Positions 50,230-59,700 of a stretch of DNA of 64,000 bases are shown piece by piece. Each line of letters begins with the position of its first letter. The first letter of the stretch is position 1. Origin of the DNA: Candidatus Hydrogenedentota bacterium. GTDB taxonomy: Bacteria; Hydrogenedentota; Hydrogenedentia; Hydrogenedentales; SLHB01. The notes beneath the pieces are model-generated. The model was given only the letters and a program-made list of their open reading frames with translations, was not told the DNA's origin and searched no databases. The stretch covers positions 256,001-320,000 of the forward strand of contig CAVUWV010000018.1 of NCBI GenBank assembly GCA_963745075.1, written 5' to 3'. The translations under genes and the position numbers were made by a program.

Positions 50230-52260
50230 CTACGCTCCCTGCTTGCCGCCGACGAGGGACGAAACCGGCGGCAGCCCCCACGTTTCCAGCGAAACCGTTC
50301 CATTACCGTCAACGACGTAGGTCTGCGCGGAACCCGGAGCGACCCCTTGCAGAATGGGTACGAAACCACCGTCAAGCGATACCGGACCGTCGGCAACCAG
50401 GATAAACGCAGCGCCCGACCCCTCCAGCGCGGAGCCGGCGTCCTTCAATAATCGTAAATAGCGTGGGGCTTCCACGGCTGTCGCGTACAAGATTACGGCA
50501 GGATTCCCGGAAGCCACAGCGGGCGGAGAACCCGAAAGGACGGGGTAATTCGACCAATCCAGACGCTTGCCCTGGAGCGTTTGTTCTTTGCCCTTCTTGG
50601 CCGCGTCCCCAGGTTCCGAGATGACGACGTTGCCAACGCTCTGGGCGCCCCCTGCTTTCAGATTGAAGGGCATGGAGCGGCCAAACCCGTCGGGACCCGT
50701 GGCCGCAAGACAGGCCATGGGCACGAAGGGGATAACAGCTTTCCAAGAAAAGTTCCCGTCTGGCCCGGATACCGTTCGCCACAACTGGAGGGGTTCGTCA
50801 TCGTCGTCACTCTGGAACAATCCCCCGACGACGGCCCCTTCGATGGGTTTTCCCTTCGCGTTCACGATCGTACCGGTCACGGTACCCACCGGGAATAACT
50901 TGACGCGCGCACTTTCGAGAGCCGTCGCCTCGGTCGTGAACAGTGCGGCCAACGGCTGTTTCGGGTGCTCCGCCAGTCCGATGATCGTGCCATTTTCCGG
51001 AGCGGAAGCGACCTCGAAGTCGGCCCACCCTTTCGCATCCGTCACGTACACGCCATACTGAACGGGTCGAATCAAATGAATGAGCGCCCCAGGCACGGGC
51101 GCTCCGGACTCGTCAACGACTTGTATGCGATGCGCCGGCAATGGCCGCAGCCAAAACGTCGGCAGAGCAAGCGTCTCTCCCTGCGTAGCCTCCTGTACGC
51201 TGAGATAAGGCTTATCGGGCGGAGCGTATCCGGAAACCGGCTCCAGCCGAATCTCGTTGGCGCCTTCTACGCCCGTAAACGCGTAGGCCCCTGACGGACC
51301 GGTGGTCACCACGGCCACCGGACTGCCGAAAGCGGCAAGCGCCAGCCGGGCGCCGGCAATGGGCTCTCCGGTCACGGCATCGCGCACGTCGCCCGTGAGT
51401 TTGGCCGTACCCGCAACGCGCAGCGTAACGCGCTTGCCGGGTTCGCGTCCGGAAACGGTCAGTTTCTCCCATCCGGGACTGCGCAATTCCTGACCAGCCG
51501 CCTGATAGAGGTAGTAGCCCGGATTCAAGCGGATCGCAAATTCACCGGAAAGGTCCGTGGTCGTGACCGACGTGTCATGGGGCGGTGTTGCGCTTCGAAT
51601 GATGATGGTAGCGTTGGCAACCGCCCGGTCGCCGCCGCGAGACAACACGTTCCCCTGAACCAGAACTCCGGGACTGAGTTGAACGCGCACGTCCTTGTCT
51701 CCGACGGTGATGCCTTGAACTCCCGCTTGCGCAAATTTCGGATGGCCGACTTTGAGCGCGATCGTCGCGCCTTGCGGCAAGTTGGATATCGAGAAGCGGC
51801 CATTGCCGTCTGTTTCCGGTTCCTCAAAGCCGTATGCGGTGAGTTTGGCAAGTGGAATGCCGACCGGCGAGCCCCCCATGATAAGTAAACGCGTGACGTG
51901 GGCGCCGTCGATTGGCTCGCCTTTCATGTCGCTTACTTTGCCGGCGATGCCCCCACTCGCCTCGAGTGAGATTTTCAGCTCGGACAGGGAGTCGTCGACG
52001 GGAATCGTTCCGCTCAGTCCGCCAAACCCGTACCCATCGGCGATCGCGAAAACCCCCACCAGCCCGGACGCCACGGAATCAAATTGGAATCGTCCGTCCG
52101 GATCGGCTTTCGTTTCGGACAATGCGCCTCCGAGGCCGGGCTCGAGAAAGACCCGTGCACCTGCCACCGGTTGCCCGCTGTTGCCGGTGACCGTCCCGGA
52201 AACACTTGCGGCTCCCGGTACAAGCGCACTCACCAGCAGGATAAACCCTAATGCTCCCAA
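50230..52260 (-). CDS. Secreted carboxypeptidase-regulatory-like repeat protein (paralog of neighbour)
   Basis: TTG start with GGAGG SD; repeated G.V....G.P..GA.V / TDGNGRF units. Confidence 0.8.
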   Translation of the reverse strand: MGALGFILLVSALVPGAASVSGTVTGNSGQPVAGARVFLEPGLGGALSETKADPDGRFQFDSVASGLVGVFAIADGYGFGGLSGTIPVDDSLSELKISLEASGGIAGKVSDMKGEPIDGAHVTRLLIMGGSPVGIPLAKLTAYGFEEPETDGNGRFSISNLPQGATIALKVGHPKFAQAGVQGITVGDKDVRVQLSPGVLVQGNVLSRGGDRAVANATIIIRSATPPHDTSVTTTDLSGEFAIRLNPGYYLYQAAGQELRSPGWEKLTVSGREPGKRVTLRVAGTAKLTGDVRDAVTGEPIAGARLALAAFGSPVAVVTTGPSGAYAFTGVEGANEIRLEPVSGYAPPDKPYLSVQEATQGETLALPTFWLRPLPAHRIQVVDESGAPVPGALIHLIRPVQYGVYVTDAKGWADFEVASAPENGTIIGLAEHPKQPLAALFTTEATALESARVKLFPVGTVTGTIVNAKGKPIEGAVVGGLFQSDDDDEPLQLWRTVSGPDGNFSWKAVIPFVPMACLAATGPDGFGRSMPFNLKAGGAQSVGNVVISEPGDAAKKGKEQTLQGKRLDWSNYPVLSGSPPAVASGNPAVILYATAVEAPRYLRLLKDAGSALEGSGAAFILVADGPVSLDGGFVPILQGVAPGSAQTYVVDGNGTVSLETWGLPPVSSLVGGKQGA

Positions 52261-52542
52261 TTCAACCTCCCGTTCGCACGCCGTTTCGGCGGGGTAAGAC
52301 AATCCGGTACATCGCGCAACGGCCTGAGCTTACGCACAACCGGGAATTCCTCGCTGCCATGCGTCCGACCGCGTCGACGCACAAGTCGCGATCTTATCCG
52401 GGGTGAATCGCTCGTGCAAGCCGGTCCAGCGACCGAAGCAACGAGCAGGCACATTCGGTGCAATTTCCGGCGAAAAAACGAGATTGGGGAGTCATAAAAT
52501 GAGCAGTCTTGTGCAGCACACCGGCATCGGGGAATCCACCCT

Positions 52543-52571
52543 TTGACAGACCACGCCAAGGTACGTACAAT
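52543..52571 (+). promoter_or_regulatory. Sigma70 promoter
   Basis: TTGACA-N17-TACAAT followed by AGGAGG SD and GTG at 52601. Confidence 0.8.
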
Positions 52572-52600
52572 TCCGACGTAGTCCGCAGGAGGAACATTAC

Positions 52601-52918
52601 GTGTATCTCGTTAGTGTTGGGGAACTTGAACCCGGACAAGTCGTGGCCAAGGCGGTAACCAACGCCAGTGGCGCCGTGCTGTGCCCGCCGGGTTTGGAGT
52701 TGACACAAGCGATCATCGATCGGCTGGTCAACGCCGGAATCGACCACGTCGCGATTGAAGGGGGCGCGACGGATGTCGCGCGCGTTCAAGAGCGCATTGA
52801 TTCCCTCAATACCCGTTTCAGCGGTGTCACCGACTCCCTCCTGATCAAACTGAAGGAAGCGATGGAGACCCGATTGCGCACGCTGATTACCGATTCTGAC
52901 GCCAAGGCAGCGGAATAA
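52601..52918 (+). CDS. Stand-alone HD-GYP N-terminal-like (DUF3391-like) domain protein
   Basis: VSVGELEPGQVVAKAV...GAVL...LT...IDRL.NAGI; aligns by eye with the N-terminus of the 21031-22302 protein. Confidence 0.75.
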   Translation: MYLVSVGELEPGQVVAKAVTNASGAVLCPPGLELTQAIIDRLVNAGIDHVAIEGGATDVARVQERIDSLNTRFSGVTDSLLIKLKEAMETRLRTLITDSDAKAAE

Positions 52919-53062
52919 CAAGACATCGTGTGACGCGCTTGTTTTTCCGATGTATGTGCATCGTACCTACTGTCAGTTAGGCCGTTGCCTGGGGGCGTTG
53001 ATGAACCCGTCCGCTGTCTCGCGATGTAACGCGCACTGGATGCGTCAGTGAGGAGTACGTAG

Positions 53063-53908
53063 TTGCCATTAGCATTGGAGCAATTGGAGAAGCGCGTCGT
53101 CGCCATGGCGAACCTCCCCACGCTGCCCGGAATCCTCACCAAGATCACCCAAATGACCGAGGGGCAGGAATCCGGGGCGTCGGACGTTGCGCAACTTATT
53201 TCCACCGATCAAGTGCTTTCCGCAAAAGTGCTGCGGCTCGTGAATTCTCCCATCTATGGATTCCCCGGTCGCATCTCGTCGATCACGCATGCGGTCGTGC
53301 TACTCGGTTTCAGTGTGATAAAGGGGTTGGTGCTCGGCACGGCGGTGTTCGATACCTTGGGCGAAGAAGGCAAGGAATTGTGGAATCACAGCCTGGGTTG
53401 CGCGGTACTGAGCCGGCGCCTCGCCATGACCGCAAATCTTGCGGATCCCGAAGAAGTCATGGTGGCGGGTCTGCTGCACGATCTGGGCAAAGTCGCCCTC
53501 GCTTACGTAGCTCCGGGGCAGTACAGCAAAGCGGTACAGACGGCCAAGAAGGACCGGTTATACATTGGCGACGCGGAGCAGGACGTATTCGGCGTATCGC
53601 ATTCGCGGGTCGGCGGGTGGCTGTGTGAAGAGTGGCATTTCCCTGCGCGGCTGACGGAACCTCTCATTCATCACCACAGTCCCGAGCGCGCCAAAGCGGG
53701 TGAAGATATCGCGGCCGTGATACACATTGCGGACATCTTGGCGCGCGGCATGGGATATGGAGATGCCGGGGACAACGCATTACCCCCGCTGAGCCACGCC
53801 GCATTTGACTCCCTCGGCTTTTCGCTCGAAGATCTGGACGACGTGTTGCAGGAGGCGGAGATGGAATACCAGGCCGGCGCGCAAACGCTGGACAGTGGCA
53901 GCGAATGA
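53063..53908 (+). CDS. HDOD domain protein
   Basis: LPTLP, DQVLSAKVLRLVNSPIYG, LWNHS, AGLLHDLGK, EWHFP, HHH. Confidence 0.93.
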   Translation: MPLALEQLEKRVVAMANLPTLPGILTKITQMTEGQESGASDVAQLISTDQVLSAKVLRLVNSPIYGFPGRISSITHAVVLLGFSVIKGLVLGTAVFDTLGEEGKELWNHSLGCAVLSRRLAMTANLADPEEVMVAGLLHDLGKVALAYVAPGQYSKAVQTAKKDRLYIGDAEQDVFGVSHSRVGGWLCEEWHFPARLTEPLIHHHSPERAKAGEDIAAVIHIADILARGMGYGDAGDNALPPLSHAAFDSLGFSLEDLDDVLQEAEMEYQAGAQTLDSGSE

Positions 53909-54843
53909 CCACGCCCACCAGACGTGTCGTGTTGATTGCGGACACCGAACCCGAGAAACGCGCACCGGTTGTCGAGGTATTGAAAACGGCGGGGTATGAG
54001 GTTACCCTCACCAGTTCCCCGCAAGAAGCGCAGCGGGCGTTCTACGCCGACCCGCCCCACTGCATGATCATCCCCTATTCCATGACGTCGGACGCCGGCG
54101 ACAACCTCCTCAAGGAACTCAAGAGCGACAACGTGTACGGCCACCTGCCCGCCATCGTGACATTAACGGAGAAGGATATTGCTTCCGGTATCGATTGGCT
54201 CACGGTGCCGGCCGACGATTTTGTCATGGACCCGATCAAAGGGGACGCGCTGCTGGCCCGAATCCAGTTGTGCTGGTCGCGCGCGCTCCGCGACGTGAAT
54301 GCAAATCCGCTCACGGGCCTGCCGGGCAATCTTGTGATCGGGCGCGAGGCCGAGCGCCGTCTGGGCGCGGGAGAGGCGTTCGCGTTCGCGTATATGGACC
54401 TGGATGGGTTCAAGTCGTTCAACGACAGCTACGGGTTTGCGCGGGGCGACGAAATCCTGCGAATGACGGCCCGCGTGCTGGTCAACACGGTGCGTTCTGT
54501 CGACCGTCAGAAGACTCATGTCGGCCACGTTGGCGGCGACGATTTTGTGTTCATCACGCCGTCCGGGCTGATGAGCAAGACGTGCGAACGCGTCATTGCG
54601 GCCTTTGATTCGATCATCCCCGATTTCTACGATGACGCGGATCGGAAGAGCGGCGGCATTGATTCCACCGACCGCCAAGGCAATCCGAAATGGTGTCCCA
54701 TCGTCACGTGCACCATTGGCGCCGTAGACACGACCGTGTCCCACGTCAAACACATCGCCGACCTGTTCGGCCGCGTCTCCGAAGTCAAAAACGTCGCGAA
54801 AAAATTGCCGGGGTCACGCTTCGTCATGGATCGCCGGCAGTAG
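53905..54843 (+). CDS. Pseudo-receiver + GGDEF (GGDDF) protein
   Basis: REC-like N-terminus; ANPLTGLPGN, DLDGFKSFNDSYG, GHVGGDDF; ATGA overlap with the HDOD gene. Confidence 0.9.
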   Translation: MTTPTRRVVLIADTEPEKRAPVVEVLKTAGYEVTLTSSPQEAQRAFYADPPHCMIIPYSMTSDAGDNLLKELKSDNVYGHLPAIVTLTEKDIASGIDWLTVPADDFVMDPIKGDALLARIQLCWSRALRDVNANPLTGLPGNLVIGREAERRLGAGEAFAFAYMDLDGFKSFNDSYGFARGDEILRMTARVLVNTVRSVDRQKTHVGHVGGDDFVFITPSGLMSKTCERVIAAFDSIIPDFYDDADRKSGGIDSTDRQGNPKWCPIVTCTIGAVDTTVSHVKHIADLFGRVSEVKNVAKKLPGSRFVMDRRQ

Positions 54844-54906
54844 GTTCGCAGGCAGCAAACGTTCCACAACGCATTCCGTCCCGCCTCACGAATTCCGTTA
54901 CCGAAA

Positions 54907-56187
54907 CTACCGTTGCGAGAGGGTTCGCCCCAGGCTTTTGATGACTTCTCGCTGGAGGGATGCATAGTCAAGGCGGCAGGATGCGATGAGGGCGTCCTCG
55001 GGGGCGGCGCCCTCGGCGAGATTCTGCATCAGACCGGCGATACCGCGGTGCCCATACCGATTCCAGAGAAAGTTGGCCGTGGCATGAGCCTGCCGATAGG
55101 CGAGTTGCAGCGAGTCCGGATCAAGTTTCTTGAGTTGACTCTCTTCCATGTCGTTCAGGGCGAAAAGCGCACCCGCAACGTTGGCCTCATAAAGAATACT
55201 GCTGTCGGTACTGGACAGGTCGTTGGAGAAGGTCTCGGCCAGCCCCTCATTGAGCCACCAGGGAACGTTGTCGCCGGCCCAGAAGCGGATGACCACGTGA
55301 GTGTACTCATGGTAGAGACGCCGCCACAGTTCATCTTGCGGCAAGACCTGCCCCGTCCGATCCCCAATCGGGACCCGGATCTTGCCGTCGTATACGGCCC
55401 CCACATGTTCTCCCAATAACGTGGCCCGCCTGAAATCGTCGGCGGTGTAAACGATTACTTGTATGGGGGTCGGTGGATAGGCGCCACCGAACTTGCGGCC
55501 GATATCGCGGTAGGCCCGTTCAAGAATCTGGAGTACGCGGCTGAGGTCTCCACCGTTGGTTCCCGGAGCAAATTTTACGCGAAAATGCGCGGACTGAGTC
55601 TGCCGAAAGCTGGACTCGACCGCTTCTTCCCGGTAGGCCTTGTCGAGTTTTTCGGCCAGTCCGGACCGGTTGGGATTCATCTCCTGCACGAGTTCCCACT
55701 GGGCGAGCGCCGCAGCCAGATCGTTGTTCTTGTAGTAGGCGTCGCCGAGCAATTCCTCAACGTCGATGCTCGCCGGATCCAACTCGACCGATTCTTCGAG
55801 GCGATAGATGGCCTCGGGCACCATGTCGACCCGCAGGTAGTAGGAGCCCAACTGCGCCAGCGGAGACGGGTTTTCCGGTTCGACGCTGATCGCCAGTCGC
55901 AAGACATCGATGGCCGTCGAGAAATCCCCGCCCCGTGCCAATTCGTTGGCTTGCGCCTGATACGCGTTGCAGAGGTTTCGGCGAACGGTCTCGTTCTGAG
56001 GCGCCAGGTTATAGGCCGAAGCAAAGCTCTGGATGGCATCGTCCCACCGGCCCGCGCTGTAGAATTTGACACCGTCCGCGTTGAATTCGACAGCATTCTG
56101 CGCCCATGCGGACCCGAGCAGAACGCACGAAACCAGCATCAGGCATACACCGCGTACGCCCAGGCGATACCTATCGGATGTGACCAT
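54907..56187 (-). CDS. Secreted TPR protein with peptidase MA (gluzincin) domain
   Basis: Signal peptide, TPR repeats, HEYTH...PWWLNEGLAE. Confidence 0.88.
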   Translation of the reverse strand: MVTSDRYRLGVRGVCLMLVSCVLLGSAWAQNAVEFNADGVKFYSAGRWDDAIQSFASAYNLAPQNETVRRNLCNAYQAQANELARGGDFSTAIDVLRLAISVEPENPSPLAQLGSYYLRVDMVPEAIYRLEESVELDPASIDVEELLGDAYYKNNDLAAALAQWELVQEMNPNRSGLAEKLDKAYREEAVESSFRQTQSAHFRVKFAPGTNGGDLSRVLQILERAYRDIGRKFGGAYPPTPIQVIVYTADDFRRATLLGEHVGAVYDGKIRVPIGDRTGQVLPQDELWRRLYHEYTHVVIRFWAGDNVPWWLNEGLAETFSNDLSSTDSSILYEANVAGALFALNDMEESQLKKLDPDSLQLAYRQAHATANFLWNRYGHRGIAGLMQNLAEGAAPEDALIASCRLDYASLQREVIKSLGRTLSQR

Positions 56188-56192
56188 GCAGC

Positions 56193-56579
56193 TTACTCTG
56201 AAAGTAGGGCTATTGCTTCAATCTCGACGCGAAAATCCAATGGAAGCCGGCCCGCCTGAATCGTCGTGCGCGCAGGCGGTTCCTCGGCGAAGTACTCTTT
56301 GTAAATGGCATTCATCTCACCAAAATCGTTCATATCGGCGAGATAAACCGTCGTTTTGACCACCCGTTCCATGCTGGACCCGGCATCCTCGATAATAGCT
56401 TTCAGATTGTCCAGCGTCTGACGAACCTCTTGTTCCAACGACTCGTTCCGCCGACCGCTACCGTCCGGCGCCAGCGCTGCCTGGCCTGACACAAACAGCA
56501 GATTTCCAACGGCGACGGCGTGGGAATAGGGACCCGCTGCCGGCGGGCCGTTCGGAGCAGTAATGCAGCGTTTCTTCAT
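56193..56579 (-). CDS. ridA: RidA-family enamine/imine deaminase
   Basis: AAGPYSHAV, LFVSGQ, VVKTTVYL, PPARTT, VEIEAIA. Confidence 0.92.
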   Translation of the reverse strand: MKKRCITAPNGPPAAGPYSHAVAVGNLLFVSGQAALAPDGSGRRNESLEQEVRQTLDNLKAIIEDAGSSMERVVKTTVYLADMNDFGEMNAIYKEYFAEEPPARTTIQAGRLPLDFRVEIEAIALLSE

Positions 56580-56709
56580 CGCGATTCCTCTGCGTTGCCG
56601 CGGACAACTTCACGCGAATCGTCCGTCTAGGCGTTGCGCCGCCACGTTCGCACCCAAGTTCCCCGTCGGAGGCGCGCGGCGGGTTAAACTCTTTACAACA
56701 ACCTACGAA

Positions 56710-56738
56710 AAGGTATCACAGGGCCGGTCAATCGTCAA
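56710..56738 (-). promoter_or_regulatory. Putative promoter of ridA
   Basis: Minus strand TTGACG-N17-TACCTT with TG extension. Confidence 0.45.
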
Positions 56739-56752
56739 ACTGGCGAGGTGGG

Positions 56753-59700
56753 TCAAATGGGGTTCGACGGCCCCGTCTCGGAATGGTCGTTCTGGACCGG
56801 TTCAGATTCGGACCGGGACCTTGCGAGGCATTGGCGAAGGTGCTCGGCACAGTGCCGGATTCCCTGCCCCAGGATTTCCGCGTGATACCCGGGAATCACG
56901 TGCACATCGGTACCCCGCCCGGCCACCTGCCCCCAGCCCAGGGTGTGGTTTCCAACCAGTTCGGGCGGCTGGACTTCCGCACGAAACAAGGTGACGACGC
57001 CGTCGAATGGCTTCGCCACGTATTGCTTCCAGATCTCGCCGTTGGCGTGCAGCACCTTGAAGATCCGACGAAAAGCGGGGAGCTTCATCATCAGCAAATT
57101 GTCTTTTGACACGACATTTGCAATGCCGGCATGTTTGAAGACGACGTTGGTGAAGGCCCAGCGGAAATAGTCTCGGAGGGAGACCGGACCGTGGCCCGCA
57201 GTCTTGCGCCCGCGTCGAAAGACCAGATAGAGTCCGTCGATGATGTACGGCTTGAGATGGTACGTATTCAAAATGAAGATGCGGGCGCGCCGCAGCCAGA
57301 TCCGAAGAAACTTGCCAATCCCCCCCTTTACGGAAAGATCGGGCGGCGCCTGCATGGCATCTATGATGACCAGGAGTGCGACTTCTTCGTTGCGTTCGCG
57401 CAGTTGACGCGCCATCTCGAAGGCAACCGTACCGCCGAAAGACCAACCGCAGAGGTAATACGGGCCCTCGGGCTGACGGCTTTGCATAACGTCTACATAG
57501 TGGGTGGCCAGGTCCTCGACGGATTCAAAGTTGGGCCGGGTCCCTTCCAGCGCTGGATCCTGCAAACCGAACAAGGGCTGGTCCGGGCCGAGAAGCGGGG
57601 CAAGATTGTAGTATGGGAACAAGACGCCCCCGGCCGTCGCAACGCAGAATAACGGGGGCAAAGTGCCATGGGATTGAATCGGCACGAGGGTGAACGGGGT
57701 ATCGTCCGGCGCAACGGGTTCTTCCCCGCGCTCCCCTTGAATTAAGGCTGCCATGCCCGCAACAGTCGGGTTTTGAAAGAATCGAGTGAGCGGAACATCC
57801 ACGCCATACCGATCGCGAACCGCCGCCATAATGCGAACCGCGAGAAGGGAATGACCTCCGATGGCGAAGAACCGATCTTCCACGCCGACTCGCGGCAGAT
57901 GCAAGACTTCGGCCCAAAGCGCAGCGACTTCATCTTCCAACGGTGTACGTGGCGCGACGAAGGCCGCTGAAACCGATGTGGCGTCCGGCGCGGGCAAGGC
58001 ACGACGGTCAACTTTCCCGTTTGGGTCCAGCGGGATCGCTTCCACGGAAACAAATACGGACGGAATCATGTAATCGGGAAGCGTGCGTTGCAGAAATCCG
58101 CGAAGCGTACCACTGTCCGGCATGGGTCCATCCCCCGTCACAAGGTATGCGACGAGACGCTTTTCCCCTGGTTCATCTTCACGCAACAGAACGACTGAAT
58201 CCCGGACATCCTCGTGCGCGTTCAGTGCCGCCTGGATTTCACCCAATTCGATGCGGAATCCACGAAGTTTTACCTGGCCATCGATGCGTCCCACAAACTC
58301 GATGGCGCCGTCATCAAGATACCGCGCGAGATCTCCCGATCGATACAGTCTCGCTCCGCTCCGGTATGGATCCGGCACGAATGCCGCAGCAGTGAGTTCC
58401 GGCTGGTTGTGGTATCCGAGGGCAAGCCCCGGACCGCCGATATAGAGTTCCCCAGGCACGCCCGCCGGCGCGGGCAAGCGGTCGTCGCTCAGAATGTGCG
58501 CGTAACTGTTCGAGATGGGCTTGCCTATTGGTACCGTTCGCGCATCCTTTGCAACCTCGTTCACTTCGTAGTATGTCGTGAAGGTCGTGTTTTCCGTTGG
58601 ACCGTACACGTGCAACAAATGATGAGGCTTGCCGTGCTCGACCACCCGCCGGATCGCACCCGGGTCGCAGGCTTCGCCCCCGAAGAGCAGTACCCGAAGC
58701 GCCCGAAACGCGTCGGGCTGGATGCGAACGATCTGATTGAACAGGGCCGTCGTGAGAAACAGGACGGAGATCTCGCCGGCCGCAATCGTTTCGGCGAGCG
58801 CCGTGGGCATCAATGCAATGTCTTGCGGAATGCCCACCAACTCCGCGCCATTCAACAAGGCGCCCCAGACTTCAAAGGTGGCCGCGTCAAAAGACGCGTT
58901 CGAGGCTTGCGCGACGCGATCCGCCGAATCGATCGTGATGTAGTTTGTATGCCGCGCCAACCGTACGACCGCGCGATGCGGAACTGCAACCGCTTTCGGA
59001 ACGCCGGTGCTCCCCGACGTATACATCAGGTACGCCAAGCTGTCCGGCCCCGCTGGACAGGTTAGCGGCGTATCGTCTTTGCACGCGATCGAATTCCAGT
59101 CGCGGTCCAGGCATAGCACGTGGCCTTCAAACGGCGGCAGCCCTGAAACACACGACACCTGCGTAACCAACACGGTGAACGCGGCATCTCGGGCCATCAT
59201 CTCCAGCCGTTCGGCGGGATAGGAAGCGTCGAGTGGCACGTACGCGCCGCCGGCTTTGAGAATCCCCAACATGCCGACGATCAGATTGGGCGACCGTTCA
59301 AGGCACAGGCCAACGGGCACATTCGCACCGATTCCGCAATCTCTTAGATAACGCCCCAATTGATTCGCGCGCCGATCCAACTGGGCGTACGTAAGCCGGT
59401 CCTCGCCATAACGGACCGCCGGCGCATTGGGACTTTGACAAGCCTGTTCCTCGAACAGTTCCGGGAGTAACGCCGGTTGAGGCAGAGGGATTTCCGGCGG
59501 GTTGAAGTCGTTCAGAATGTGGCGCGTGTCCGCGTCGGTCAGTACATGAAGCGCCGAAACCGAAGTCTCGGGTTCATCCAGCACGCAGTCCAAAAGCCGA
59601 AGAAAATGTTGAACCGCCAAGTCGCGCCGCGCTGCGTCAAACACGTCGGCATCAAAATCGAAATAAAGCGAAATCTCGCCGGACTGGGTGAAATCGTGGG

